Assembly: GCA_963765765.1 (NCBI GenBank)
Contig: CAVXYC010000007.1
Span: 32,001 to 96,000 of the forward strand
Length of the DNA: 64,000 bases
Direction: 5' to 3'
DNA from: an uncultured Chloroflexia bacterium
GTDB taxonomy: Bacteria > Chloroflexota > UBA6077 > JACCZL01
A model generated the notes under the pieces. The model was not told the origin of the DNA. It worked only from the letters and a program-made list of their open reading frames with translations, and searched no databases. Both the position numbers and the translations under genes were made by a program. Below, in pieces: positions 30,736 to 41,785 of the stretch (positions are counted from its first letter, which is position 1; every line of letters starts with the position of its first letter).

Positions 30736-32094
30736 TTGTTTGACCTGCTCATCTCCAACGGCGCCCTGGTCACACCGTCCGGCCGCGTTACGGCACAGAT
30801 CGGCATCCTGAACGGGCAGATCGCGGCAATCGGCTGCGATCTGGGCGAGGCCAACGAGAACGTCGACGCGAACGGGCTGATCGTTTTCCCCGGCCTCATC
30901 GATATTCACGTGCATTTCCGTGAGCCGGGCCACACTTATAAGGAAGACTTCGAGTCAGGAACGAGAGCCGCCGCGGTCGGTGGCGTGACAACCGTGCTGG
31001 ACATGCCCAACAACGCCACGGCGATCAGCACTGCCGAGCTGTTTCGGGCGAAGCGGGACGTGGTAGCTCCAAAAGCATTAGTTGACTTCGGACTCTACGG
31101 AATCATTCTCCAGGGAAACGCTGCTGAGCTGAAGCCAATGGCCCAGGAAGGCGCGATTGGGTTCAAGCTCTACATGGGCGAGACGACTGGCCACAATCCT
31201 TGTCCCGACGATGGTGCGATCTTCAACGCCTTTCGGATCGCCGCGACGCTCGGGGTGTTCGTCGGCATTCACGCCGAGAACAATCCGGTGATGCAGATCC
31301 TCAAGCGGGAGCTACGTGAAAGCGGGCGCACGGATCCCCGCGCTCATCTCGACTCGCGCCCGCCGTTCATCGAAGCGGAGGCGATCAGCCGCGCGGCTTA
31401 TCTTGCAGAGGCAGCCGGGAATAAGCTGCACGTACACCACCTCTCCACGCGTGATGGGTTGCAAGCGGCACTTTCGGCGCGCGCACGCGGCGTTCCACTG
31501 ACGATAGAGGCGCTGGTCGGCCATTTGCTCCTGGATGACACGGCCTACGACCGGCTTGGCAACCTGGTGGAGATCAATCCGCCCATCCGCGAGCGGGAGC
31601 ACGCCGAGGCGCTCTGGCAAGCGCTGGCTCGCGGCCAGATCGATTGCCTGGCGACAGATCATGCACCGCACGCCGCCGATGAGAAAGCCCGAGAAAACGT
31701 CTGGGAGTGTCCTGGCGGTTTCATCGGTGTGGAGACAATGCTGCCGTTGTTGCTTACACAAGTCGCATCCGGTCGCTTAACGATGGAGCAGCTCGTTTCC
31801 TTAGCCAGCGAGCGGCCAGCGAAGCTCATGGGGCTCTATCCCCGCAAGGGAACTCTGATTATTGGCGCTGATGCGGACATCGTCCTTGTTGATCCGGAGC
31901 AGCGCTGGACGCTAGATGCTTCGAGGCTGCATTCCAAGCACCCGATCTCGCCATTCGATGGCTGGGAGATTGTCGGCCGTCCGGTCGCTACGTATTTGCG
32001 CGGTCGATGCGTTGCGAGAGAGGGTGAGCCCGTGGGGGCGCCGGCTGGGCGCTATCTGACGCCAACGTACGGCTCGTCGACGCCTCCTATCTAA
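30736..32094 (+). CDS. Cyclic amidohydrolase (allantoinase/dihydroorotase family)
   Basis: PGLIDIHVHFREPG, GGVTTVLDMPN, HAEN, ATDHAPH. Confidence 0.9.
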   Translation: MFDLLISNGALVTPSGRVTAQIGILNGQIAAIGCDLGEANENVDANGLIVFPGLIDIHVHFREPGHTYKEDFESGTRAAAVGGVTTVLDMPNNATAISTAELFRAKRDVVAPKALVDFGLYGIILQGNAAELKPMAQEGAIGFKLYMGETTGHNPCPDDGAIFNAFRIAATLGVFVGIHAENNPVMQILKRELRESGRTDPRAHLDSRPPFIEAEAISRAAYLAEAAGNKLHVHHLSTRDGLQAALSARARGVPLTIEALVGHLLLDDTAYDRLGNLVEINPPIREREHAEALWQALARGQIDCLATDHAPHAADEKARENVWECPGGFIGVETMLPLLLTQVASGRLTMEQLVSLASERPAKLMGLYPRKGTLIIGADADIVLVDPEQRWTLDASRLHSKHPISPFDGWEIVGRPVATYLRGRCVAREGEPVGAPAGRYLTPTYGSSTPPI

Positions 32095-32219
32095 CGCACT
32101 TTGGACTGCGGCGGTCCTCGCCGGTTTCACACCGAGCGGAGCGATACTGAGAACGGCTTCCAGCCTCGCGAGAAAGCGGCGACGACCGCCGCGGTCCAGA
32201 GATTGTCGCGCCGACTCCG

Positions 32220-33101
32220 CTAGCTCGCCTTTTTGCGCCGAGTCTTCGGAGCCTCTGCCTTCTTGGCCTCGATCTCCTTGGCTGCAGCGTTCTTGACGGC
32301 TGCTGGCTTCTTGGCAGCAGCCGTCTTTGGCCCTTTGCCGCTTTTGGCCGCGGCAACGCTTGCCCGCAGCACGTCCATAAGATCGATGACGTTGGTTGGG
32401 ACCGGAGGCGCGTCCACCTTGGTCTTGCCCTTGTTCTTTGACTCGAGCATTGCCACGACCGCTTCGCGGTACTCGTCCGGATACTTCTCGGGCTCAAATG
32501 GCTCGCGCAGCTCTTCGATGAGATCCACGGCCATGCTCATCTCACGATCGGTCACCTTGACCTTGGTTAATCCCGCGGGCTTGGTGACATGCACCTCATC
32601 CGCTGAGTAGAGCGTCTCCAGCATTAGCGTATCGTCCATCACGCGAATTGTGCAGAGGCGCTCTTTGGTGCGCATGGTGACTTTGGCAAGGCCCATCATG
32701 CCCTGCTTCTCCAGAGCGGCAGCGAGGAGGGCATAGCCCTTGGTGCCGGACGTTTCGGGTTCGAGGACATACGCTTTCTCAAAGTAGACGGGATCCACCT
32801 CCGTAGAGCTCACCATGGACTGGATATCGATGGTGTGCTTGCTGGGGATGGGTAAGGACTCGAGATCCTCGTCAGTCACCACGAGGTACTGATCTTTGGT
32901 GACCTGATAGCCGCGAACGACCTCGTCCGACTCCACAGCGCGCTCGTGCACCGGGCACCAGCGAAGATTCTTCAGGCGACTGTGGCATTCAGAGTGAAGC
33001 GTATTGAACGAGATGTCCTTGGCCGAGGTAGCCGAGTACGCCTTCACCGGTATGTTGACCAGCCCGAAGCTGATGGCGCCGTTCCAGATTGATCGTGGCA
33101 T
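32220..33101 (-). CDS. ku: NHEJ Ku protein
   Basis: MPRSIWNGAISFGLVNIPVK, NVIDLMDVLRAS, Lys-rich tail. Confidence 0.95.
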   Translation of the reverse strand: MPRSIWNGAISFGLVNIPVKAYSATSAKDISFNTLHSECHSRLKNLRWCPVHERAVESDEVVRGYQVTKDQYLVVTDEDLESLPIPSKHTIDIQSMVSSTEVDPVYFEKAYVLEPETSGTKGYALLAAALEKQGMMGLAKVTMRTKERLCTIRVMDDTLMLETLYSADEVHVTKPAGLTKVKVTDREMSMAVDLIEELREPFEPEKYPDEYREAVVAMLESKNKGKTKVDAPPVPTNVIDLMDVLRASVAAAKSGKGPKTAAAKKPAAVKNAAAKEIEAKKAEAPKTRRKKAS

Positions 33102-33154
33102 ATCAGATCACTCCCACTTCCTGGACGAATAGTTTCGTCCGATTACGACTTGTC

Positions 33155-35881
33155 CTATGCCCCACTGAGGCGTGCATTGAGATCGACCTTCGATTCCATG
33201 ATGTCTGCCCACGAATTTCCGTTGGCCTGGAGATAATTCACCGCGGTGCGGACGGAGAATTGAGTTGGATACACATCACCGTCTTCGAGATCCGACCAGC
33301 GAATGGGCATGGAGACGGCGGCTTCGGCCATAGCGCGAGGGCAAAGCATTGACGCAAGCGTCTTCCCGCGCACATTCTGGTTGTAGTCAGCGAAGATCTT
33401 TCCACGACGCTTCTGTACGGCCCATTCCGTCGTGACAACGTCCGGATGCAGCGCGACGAGATGCTCGGACAGTGCTCGACAGACCGCGTGCGTCTCGTGA
33501 TAAGCCATGTTCCGCAGAATCGGGACGTATATGTGGAGGCCCGTCTTGCCGGTGGTCTTCACGTATGCCGGCAGCTTCATGCCGTCCAGGAGCTCCTTTA
33601 GCCAGAGAGCGACTTGACGAGCGCCCTGGAATCCGGCTTGATGGAGCTCGGGCTCCGCTCCCTTGGCCTCTTTCCCGGAGTACTGGTACGGATCGAGATC
33701 GAACACCAGGAAATCTGGATAGTTGAGCACAGATCGATCGACCGTCCGGTCGGACCCAGAAGCTTTGAGAGGGAGATGCGGGGCGTCGGGCCCGAGTGAA
33801 GCACGTGAATACCAGGGGTGAATCTCCAGCGTGCCCATTTGCGCCAGCCAGACCAGCGTCTGCAGGTTATTGCACATCAAGAAGTCGGCGTCGCCACCGC
33901 CGTGCTCGGTGTAGATTGTCACGGTCTCGACAAATGGCGGGAGTCCATGCTCCCAATGCCGCTGATAAAAATGCTGTCCGTCCAGTCCGTTGGGATACCG
34001 CACAAGAGTTATCGGCCGGTTCTTCAAGAATGGGAGTAACGAAGGCGCTACACTCACGAGATATTGGGCAAGGTCACGCTTCGTGATCGCTTTGGTCCGC
34101 CCGCGCGCCGGCCACAAGGCCTTATCCAGACTGCTGAGACCGATCTCATGCTCGCCGACGCGCACGGTGAGCGTCTGCTTGCTTCCCTTGAGCTGGTCCA
34201 GCACATCGGTCACGATCGAATCGAGCTGACCAGCGTTCTCGGATGAAGGCTTGGAGTCAGGCACGGAAACCGCGGGCTGAGGCCGGGTTGTGGAGGCCTC
34301 CAGATCATCGCGGAGCCGAAGGAACACGGGCGCTCGGAGAATGCCCTCGTTCGTGCGCTCAGCAAACTTGACTTCCGCGACGAGCTCCGGTCGCACCCAT
34401 CGCGGCGCACCCCGATCTTTCTTACTCCAACGACCCTTGAGTGGCACTGGCGCATCAAACGGAGATGAATCACTTCGGAGCGCCTCGAGCCGATCAGTAA
34501 TGGCGCGAAGTCTCTTGTCGTCAAACCCGCTGCCGACGTGTCCGACAAACCGCAGGACGCCATTCTTCTCCGTGGGCGTTCCGAGCAGCAACGAGCCGAG
34601 GGAGTCAGTGCGATGACCCAGGCCGGCAGTGTAGCCGCCAATCACGAACTCTTCGGTCTGTACGTGCTTCATCTTCAGCCAGCGGGTGGAACGCTTTCCC
34701 GCCTCGTACAGACTGTCCTTGCGTTTGGCCACCACCCCTTCAATCTCGAGCCCTAGCGTGGCCTGGAAAAGCGCTTCGCCGTCCTCTTCAACCCATTCCA
34801 CAGTGCGCACGCGCTCGGATGGCACCAGCATGAGATCCAGGAGCTGCTTACGATCCTCGAGTCTGGCGCCGCGAAGGTCATACCCATCGACGAAGAGCAG
34901 ATCGAACGCGTAGAAGCGCATGGCGGAGCCGTGGTTCTCATTGCCACGGTCTTGCCAGGCCTGAAACGATGGACGGCCTCGCTCGTCCAACACCAGGAGC
35001 TCGCCATCGAGCACCATATTCCAGGGCTGTCTTTTCAGCGCGTCGACCAACCAGTCGTACTCATGCGTGGAGTCTATGCCGCGGCGTGAGCTGAGCCGGA
35101 CCTTCCCATCCTGGACCTGGGCCAGCAAGCGAAGCCCGTCCAGTTTGGGCTCGAACAGCCAATCCGGGTGAGAGAATGCCCGCTCCGTAAGGCTGGGCAA
35201 CATTGGCTTCAGGTCCGCCGGAAGATCGCGCTTTCGTGTGCCGTTGATCAGACTTGGATCCGGAAGAATCGGTTCGGAAGTTCGGTTCAACGGCAAGATC
35301 CCTGACTTGATCTCCTCATTGGTGAGCCCGGTGAGGACTGACTCATCGTCATCCATGAGATCGCGGTGTGGGTTTGCCTCGGCATCATCTCGCTTGAGGA
35401 ATAGCCAGTCGCCCTTCTTCGTGCGGACCAGCGTCCAGACGCCGCGCAGCTTGCGGCCGTGAAGTCGGATCGTGAGCTTTCCGTCTTCAATGCCGCGGCG
35501 CATGGCTGACTCTGCCGTGGGGCGATTGAAACAGACCTCATCGTCGATCAGCGGGCCATAGACCCCGGCGTCCCAGACGATGACCTCGCCACCACCGTAC
35601 TCGCCCTTCGGGATGACGCCTTCGAAAGTGGCGTACTCCAGCGGGTGGTCCTCAGTCATGACGGCCAGACGCTTGACGGATGGGTCAAGCGAGGGCCCTT
35701 TAGGAATGGGCCAGGACTTGAGAACGCCGTCAACTTCTAGACGGAAGTCGTAATGAAGCGCACGGGCAGCATGCTTCTGGACCACAAACCGCAACGGTCC
35801 AGCGACGCCCTGTTGCGCCCGTTGACCACGTGGCTCAGCCGTGCGCTTGAAGTCGCGCTTTTGCGTATAGGTCTCAAGCAT
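33155..35881 (-). CDS. ligD: NHEJ DNA ligase D (phosphoesterase-ligase-polymerase)
   Basis: FVVQKHAARALHYDFRLE, EPKLDG, EGVVAK, FDLDP, KTTGKTGLH. Confidence 0.95.
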   Translation of the reverse strand: MLETYTQKRDFKRTAEPRGQRAQQGVAGPLRFVVQKHAARALHYDFRLEVDGVLKSWPIPKGPSLDPSVKRLAVMTEDHPLEYATFEGVIPKGEYGGGEVIVWDAGVYGPLIDDEVCFNRPTAESAMRRGIEDGKLTIRLHGRKLRGVWTLVRTKKGDWLFLKRDDAEANPHRDLMDDDESVLTGLTNEEIKSGILPLNRTSEPILPDPSLINGTRKRDLPADLKPMLPSLTERAFSHPDWLFEPKLDGLRLLAQVQDGKVRLSSRRGIDSTHEYDWLVDALKRQPWNMVLDGELLVLDERGRPSFQAWQDRGNENHGSAMRFYAFDLLFVDGYDLRGARLEDRKQLLDLMLVPSERVRTVEWVEEDGEALFQATLGLEIEGVVAKRKDSLYEAGKRSTRWLKMKHVQTEEFVIGGYTAGLGHRTDSLGSLLLGTPTEKNGVLRFVGHVGSGFDDKRLRAITDRLEALRSDSSPFDAPVPLKGRWSKKDRGAPRWVRPELVAEVKFAERTNEGILRAPVFLRLRDDLEASTTRPQPAVSVPDSKPSSENAGQLDSIVTDVLDQLKGSKQTLTVRVGEHEIGLSSLDKALWPARGRTKAITKRDLAQYLVSVAPSLLPFLKNRPITLVRYPNGLDGQHFYQRHWEHGLPPFVETVTIYTEHGGGDADFLMCNNLQTLVWLAQMGTLEIHPWYSRASLGPDAPHLPLKASGSDRTVDRSVLNYPDFLVFDLDPYQYSGKEAKGAEPELHQAGFQGARQVALWLKELLDGMKLPAYVKTTGKTGLHIYVPILRNMAYHETHAVCRALSEHLVALHPDVVTTEWAVQKRRGKIFADYNQNVRGKTLASMLCPRAMAEAAVSMPIRWSDLEDGDVYPTQFSVRTAVNYLQANGNSWADIMESKVDLNARLSGA

Positions 35882-36183
35882 TCGCCCGGCTACATGATCG
35901 CAGACGGATTGCCAAATTTAAATAGATTCAAAGAGTGGCTAAGAAATGCGACGCCAAGTTGCAATTTATGTGAATTATTTAACGCTATTTTCCAAATTAT
36001 GAGCAATATCGATTTGATATGTGCAAATTATGGAACAATCCGTGAAGATCCCGGCCCTACGTCTTGCATGCCGACCGAGGGCATTGCTAGGAGGGCGTGA
36101 CGCCATCCGGTCGATCTGCAACCGGACAATGATCGCTTCGTTCACGAATCGTTGGGCGCAAATCATGATTATTAGGATTGACC

Positions 36184-36840
36184 ATGAAACCACCTGCTCG
36201 CTCATTTAGCGCGCGCTGGCTTTTGACCGTGGCCGCGATGCTGGCCCTGGGCGCACTTGGATCACCGTTTGCCGCTAGATCGGCGGCGGCTCAGGCTGAT
36301 CGAGACCCTCGTGACTTCGCGCTTACAGAAGAAGAGGGCGGCGGCAAGGACGTCCTTCGCGCGAAGGACGAGGACTGTTCGGACGATAAATCGCGATGCT
36401 TGCACATCCGGTGGGAGCGCGACTACGAGACGGACGCGGCTGTTGGCCCACTCATCACGGTGAATAAGGTGTGGGTGGCGAAAGACGTCGATACCGCGAA
36501 GGCGATCTATCGCGACCAGGAGAATCTCCAGAAGGAAATGCCTGAGCGCGTCGAGCCGGCAAACGGCCCATTTCCATGGGAACAGCCGTTCAACAAGCCG
36601 GCGGCAGAGGAATACAGCGGTGCGCAAGCATGCGTGAAGGACCGCTGTGACAGTGGCGGCCGCATTGATCTCCACCAGCGCATGGTGTCACGCTCGAAAA
36701 ACGTCGTGTCCATGATCTACCTTTTCGGCCGCGAGCGGAACACTACACCAGAGCTGCTCGTCTACTTCACGGGCCGAGTCATGGACCGAGTCAACGGTTC
36801 TTCCCAGCCGAGCGCCTTAAGCCTGCCAGTAGGCATCTAA
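36184..36840 (+). CDS. Secreted hypothetical protein
   Basis: Signal peptide ending AAAQA; soluble domain with two Cys pairs. Confidence 0.7.
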   Translation: MKPPARSFSARWLLTVAAMLALGALGSPFAARSAAAQADRDPRDFALTEEEGGGKDVLRAKDEDCSDDKSRCLHIRWERDYETDAAVGPLITVNKVWVAKDVDTAKAIYRDQENLQKEMPERVEPANGPFPWEQPFNKPAAEEYSGAQACVKDRCDSGGRIDLHQRMVSRSKNVVSMIYLFGRERNTTPELLVYFTGRVMDRVNGSSQPSALSLPVGI

Positions 36841-36841
36841 G

Positions 36842-36954
36842 CGCAATAGCAGAGCCGCATCCCGTGAGGGTGCGGTTCCTTCAAAATTCCCGAACTCCGC
36901 TTGGGTGTTCGTGAGAGGAACCGCGCCCTCACGGGATGCGGCTCTGCTATTGCG
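36842..36954. repeat. REP-like 39-bp inverted pair between convergent genes
   Basis: CGCAATAGCAGAGCCGCATCCCGTGAGGGTGCGGTTCCT and its reverse complement (1 mismatch) at 36916-36954. Confidence 0.9.
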
Positions 36955-38340
36955 GGAAGTAGCGCTCGCGCTCTTCGCCGACGCGCTTCAGCATCTCGGC
37001 AGGCACATCGGCCATGGTGAAGCTTCCGGCGGGAGCATCCAGCGGCTTGGTGGCGTCGACGATCATCTTGGAGACGGTGCCCTTGCCAACGGCATACTCA
37101 TCGGCGGCGGGGTCTAGGACCACGGTTTTGACGCGCGGAATGATGAAGATATCGCGATCGGCCTTCACTCGCGTGGCGAGTGCGTAATCCATGTCGGCGG
37201 CATCAAAGATGTCGATATCGTCATCTACCACGATGACGTGCTTTACGAGGTCCTGGTGGGCGAACGCGGCGAACGCCGCTTTCTGCGCCTCGCCTTCGGC
37301 CGTCTTTCGGATTGAGATCCAGGCATGCATATTGGCCCCACTGCCGATCGGCATGTGGACGGCGGTCACGTTGGGCACCGATGCACGGACCGCCTGGAAC
37401 AGCGATGGCTCGCGGCCGAGCGCGCCGATAATCGGATGCTCAGGCGATTTCCCTGAGAGCACGTTCTGGTAAATCGCGTCGCGCCGATGGGTGATGGCGT
37501 TGACCTTGATCACGGGCAGCGGTCGGGTGATGCCATATTGACGCGTGAACTCCCCAAACGGTCCTTCGACGTGACGCTCCCCCGCGAGCACCTCTCCCTC
37601 GATCACGATCTCAGCCTCGGCCGGCACCTCAAGGTCGCTCGAGACGCAGCGAACCATCGGAATCGGCTCGCGAAGGAATCCACCGGCGAAGCGCATCTCG
37701 TCTTGGTCGAACCCGGTGCGGAACTGCGAGGCGATCAGTACCGCCGGATGCACTCCGATGACGATCGCGACAGGTAGCGATTCACCGCGTGCCTCGGCAG
37801 CTTCATAATGCGCCCGCATGTGTGTGGGCGCCATCCAGATGCCAAGCAGATCTCGCGCGTGCACGTGATTCCGCTGAATTCCCACGTTACGCACACCCGT
37901 CGCGGGATTGCGAGTGATGTGCACTCCTGCCGTGATGAAGCGTCCGCCGTCCTGCTCAGAGTTCTGACAGATCCCCAGCTTCTCGAGATCGATGTGTTCC
38001 CCACGGAGAACCACCTCCTGGCATGGAGCCTCCTGCACAAGCTCCGGATCGATCGGTCGATCGATCGCCTCGACGCCCCGCGGCAACAGCTCATTCAACT
38101 CCATGCCCATTGAGAGCGCGACGTTCTCGCGCCTGTGAAAAAAGTTCGCGAACACTCGGAGATTCGAGCCTTCCACGTTCTCGAACATCAGCAGGCATTT
38201 GCGATGTCCGGATCGAGTTGGGCGAAGCGGCTTACCGAGGCGAGCTCGTGGATGGGGCTCACGGAAGTCATGATGCGGCGGATTCGGCCGGCGGACTTAG
38301 GAGGGAGAGGGCGGTGCGGAGGAGGAGCTCACTGGGAATG
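36947..38340 (-). CDS. UbiD-family (prFMN-dependent) decarboxylase; N-terminal frameshift, start approximate
   Basis: DGGRFIT, RNVGIQR, EIVIEG, EGPFGEF, VVDDDID, KMIVDATKP. Confidence 0.9.
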
Positions 38341-38359
38341 ACCAGTTAAGAGTGAGGAG

Positions 38360-38809
38360 TTAAAAGTTAAGAACGTACTCATTTCCTTCCTCGACCAATC
38401 CCGACTCCCGTACCTTAGGATAGGTCGTGTCGGACGATGAAGCTGTCCGTGTTTTCGTCGAAACAAGGATTGAAGAGAGTATTCGAACCAGTTGATCCGT
38501 TTCGTCACGCAACCCGGCGATCTTGTCCGATGGGACGAGCTCCGCCTCATCGATTAAGCGCAACCAGTAACTGGACTCCCGCGCCTCCTTATGGGCGATT
38601 GACATTTTCGCGATGAAGTCGGCACGGCTTTGTGCAGCCTGAGCTTCATGAGCATTGGCACCGACAGACGTTGCAGATCTCAGGAGCTGCCTTCCAATGA
38701 CTCGACGGCCTATCCTTTATGAGCGATTTGTACAGCCTAATCACACGAACGGAATAGGCGACGCTTCGTTCGACGACGGAAGCTTCGGGGACCTATCGTC
38801 CTGCTCCAT
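38360..38809 (-). CDS. Four-helix-bundle protein (23S rRNA IVP-like); frameshifted
   Basis: QLLRSATSVGANAHEAQAAQSRADFIAKMSIAHKEARESSYWL; heptamer repeats on both flanks. Confidence 0.85.
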
Positions 38810-38812
38810 TCT

Positions 38813-39295
38813 TCATTCTTCACTCTTCACTGAAGCACTCGCCGCGGCTTCTAGTACCGACTCGATGATCTCCGGATACGCCGTACATCGACACAAGTTT
38901 CCGGAGAGATACTCTTTGATCTCATCAATGGTTGGTGACGGATTCTCTTTCAATAGGCAGACGGTCATCAGCATCATTCCGGGCGTGCAGTACGAGCACT
39001 GAAGACCGTCGCGCTCGAGAAAGGCTCGCTGGACAGGGTGGAGGGACTCGGGGGTTCCGAGGCCTTCAATCGTGAGAATGGACTTTCCGTCCGCTCGGGC
39101 GGCGAGGTAACTGCAGGAGCTTACAGGAACGTCATCGACGAGTACCGTGCAGGCGCCGCAAAGAGACATTCCGCAAGATTCGCGCGCGCCGAAGAGCTTC
39201 AGCTCGTCACGAACAACCTCGAGAAGCGTGCGCTGGCTATCAACCACGAGGTGATGCTGGCGGCCGTTTACGGTGATTTGGATTTGGTGCTTCAT
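38813..39295 (-). CDS. Mo-hydroxylase small 2x[2Fe-2S] subunit (CoxS/XdhC-like)
   Basis: CGMSLCGACTV, QCSYCTPG, GNLCRCT. Confidence 0.95.
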   Translation of the reverse strand: MKHQIQITVNGRQHHLVVDSQRTLLEVVRDELKLFGARESCGMSLCGACTVLVDDVPVSSCSYLAARADGKSILTIEGLGTPESLHPVQRAFLERDGLQCSYCTPGMMLMTVCLLKENPSPTIDEIKEYLSGNLCRCTAYPEIIESVLEAAASASVKSEE

Positions 39296-39328
39296 TGTTG
39301 AATGGATCCGGTGGGGGATGTCACTCTG

Positions 39329-39437
39329 CCCTCACCCCAACCATCTCCCAAGAGAGAGGGAGTCGCGACGAGGAGATCGATCGCCGAACATTTCGAAGCT
39401 GGCCCCCTTCTCCCTTTCGGAGAGGGCCGGGTGAGGG
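39329..39437. repeat. CCCTCACCC-type REP-like inverted pair
   Basis: CCCTCACCCCAACCATCTCCC..GAGAGGG / CCTTCTCCC..GGAGAGGGCCGGGTGAGGG; related half copy near 3706-3740. Confidence 0.65.
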
Positions 39438-39460
39438 GCCCGCGATCGCAACGACCACAA

Positions 39461-41785
39461 TCATTCCATTCCCTCCAGCACCTTTTCCGGCGTGATCGGG
39501 AGATGCGCCACCCGACTCCCGACAGCATTGGCAACCGCATTAGCGATTGCCGGAGCTATGGAAAAGATGGCGGATTCCCCGATGCCCTTGGCGCCAAATG
39601 GGCCGTCCGGGTGCGGACACTCGATGATGAGCGGCAGGGTGCGCTCCGGTAAATCAGCGAACGCTGGAATCTTGTAATCCACGAAGGACGGGTTGGCAAC
39701 CTGGCCGTCGCTCAGGATCATCTGCTCCATGAGCGCTGGCCCCATGCCCTGGAGGCTGGCGCCGGTGATTTGCGTTGCCGCGGAGGCCGGATTGATCGCC
39801 TTACCGGCATCCACCGCCGCTGCCAGGTCAATAACTCGGACTTTTCCGGTTTCAGTATCGACTTCCACTTCCACCGCCGTAGCACCGCACATCCAGTGAG
39901 CGGTCACGTTGTCCGATTGGCCCGTCTCGTGATCGGTGGCCGCATGATGCGTCTCGAAGGTTCCGCGGCCCACCACGGTGCCCGCGCGTGCGTTGAATCG
40001 ATTGAACATGAGCTGCGCGTGGGTCATTGCTTCATCAGGATTGGCGGAAGACCAGATACGTCCATCGCGGGCTTCGAGCTCATCGACGGGGCCACCTAGC
40101 AGCTCGGCGGCGAGCGGCCAGAGCTGCTCCCGAATCTCGATGGCCGCGAGCTGGACAGCACGACCCATGTGAAATGTGGTGCGGCTGCCAGCGGTGATGA
40201 GGTCATACGGCGTGGCATCCGTGTCTGGGTGAGTTACCGAACATGCATGGAGCGGCAACCCCAGCTCGTCAGCCACGATCTGGCTGAGCAGCGTATCCGA
40301 GCCCTGACCCATGTCCACGGCGCTGGTCAGAATCGTGAGGCTGCCGTCGGCGTGCATTTGCACCGTGGCAACGGATGCCGATGGTGTGATGACTGCCTTC
40401 AGCCCACAGGCAATGCCGCGACCGCGCTTCAAGTGTGGCTCCGCAGGCTGGACGAGAGCGCCACCGCGCATCTTCAGCGCGTCAGCCGCCTGCTCGATAC
40501 AACCGGCCACGTCCACGTAGGTCATGACCGACCCCGTCGCCTGCACATCCCCGTTCCGCAGAACGTTCTTGAGTCGGAACTCCACCGGGTCCCAGCCCAT
40601 CTCTTTGGCGATGATGTCCATCTGCGATTCATACGCCCAGCAAACCTGCATGATGCCGAAACCGCGAAACGCGCCGGCGGGTGGCTTGTTGGTGTAGACG
40701 CTGTAGGAGTCGATGCGCACGTTCGGGATGTCGTAGGGACCGGCGCTGGTGTAGCCCGACTTGTGCGTGACGCGCGGCCCGATGTCCGCGTATGCGCCGG
40801 TGTCCCAGAAGATCTGGCAATCGCGGGCCAGTATCTTGCCGTCCGCGCTCACGCCGGTGCGGAGCTTGGCCGTCAGTCCGTGCTTGGTGATCGTGAGGAA
40901 TTCTTCACGACGAGTCAGGCGGACCTTCACCGGTCGACCCGCGGCTTTGGCGAGAAGGGCGGCGATGGGCTCGTACTTCATGTAGAGCTTGCTGCCGAAT
41001 CCTGCACCCAGATACGGCACCATCACACGCACGTGTGACTCCGGCAGTTTGAACATGTTGGCCAGCATGATCCGGACGTACGAGGGACTTTGCGTGGCCG
41101 ACCAGATCTTGAGTCGGTCTGTGCCCGTCCACTGAGCGATGCTGCAATGGAACTCCAGATCACCATGCTGAGTCGCCGGATTAGAAAATGTATTCTCGAA
41201 GATGCGTGCCGACTGCTTGAAGCCCTCATCAAGGTCACCGCGCCGCAGCTTGTAATGGAAGCAGGCGTTGCTCGTGGCCGGGACGTCGTCGCCACCGATG
41301 ACTTCGATGAGATCGGCAAATGTGCGCGCCGGTATGAATCGCTCGTGAATCAGCGGGGCTTCCGTGGCCAGCGCGTCGTCTACGCTGAACACGGCCGGGA
41401 GCTCCTCGATCTCCACGTCGATGAGTCGGAGCGCCTCCTCAGCCGTATCACGGTCCACGGCGGCCACTGCCGCCAGCGGATCACCTGCGTACCGCACTCG
41501 ATCCACCGCCAGAGGCGCTTGATCCTTGAACGCCGGCCCCGTGAACGGATCGATCGGCATGTTCACCAGATCCGCGCCGGTCAGCACGGCGTAAACGCCC
41601 GGCAGTGCTCGCGCCCGCGACGCGTCCACGCGAATCACATTCCCGTGCGCAACGGCGCTACGCAAAAGCATGCCGTGCAGCATGCCCGGGAGCTCGATGT
41701 TGTCGGTAAACTCGATCTCACCGGTCAGCTTGCTAACCATCTCCACTCGATGCGTGTCGCGACCAACCACGTACGGCGTTGTCAT
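39461..41785 (-). CDS. Xanthine-dehydrogenase-family molybdopterin subunit
   Basis: GAGFGSK, AFRGFG, DMGQG, GSRTT, GAKGIGE. Confidence 0.95.
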   Translation of the reverse strand: MTTPYVVGRDTHRVEMVSKLTGEIEFTDNIELPGMLHGMLLRSAVAHGNVIRVDASRARALPGVYAVLTGADLVNMPIDPFTGPAFKDQAPLAVDRVRYAGDPLAAVAAVDRDTAEEALRLIDVEIEELPAVFSVDDALATEAPLIHERFIPARTFADLIEVIGGDDVPATSNACFHYKLRRGDLDEGFKQSARIFENTFSNPATQHGDLEFHCSIAQWTGTDRLKIWSATQSPSYVRIMLANMFKLPESHVRVMVPYLGAGFGSKLYMKYEPIAALLAKAAGRPVKVRLTRREEFLTITKHGLTAKLRTGVSADGKILARDCQIFWDTGAYADIGPRVTHKSGYTSAGPYDIPNVRIDSYSVYTNKPPAGAFRGFGIMQVCWAYESQMDIIAKEMGWDPVEFRLKNVLRNGDVQATGSVMTYVDVAGCIEQAADALKMRGGALVQPAEPHLKRGRGIACGLKAVITPSASVATVQMHADGSLTILTSAVDMGQGSDTLLSQIVADELGLPLHACSVTHPDTDATPYDLITAGSRTTFHMGRAVQLAAIEIREQLWPLAAELLGGPVDELEARDGRIWSSANPDEAMTHAQLMFNRFNARAGTVVGRGTFETHHAATDHETGQSDNVTAHWMCGATAVEVEVDTETGKVRVIDLAAAVDAGKAINPASAATQITGASLQGMGPALMEQMILSDGQVANPSFVDYKIPAFADLPERTLPLIIECPHPDGPFGAKGIGESAIFSIAPAIANAVANAVGSRVAHLPITPEKVLEGME

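Noticed and set aside
39461-41785. Aerobic CO dehydrogenase (form I CoxL)
   Set aside because: Active-site loop is AFRGFG, not AYxCSFR
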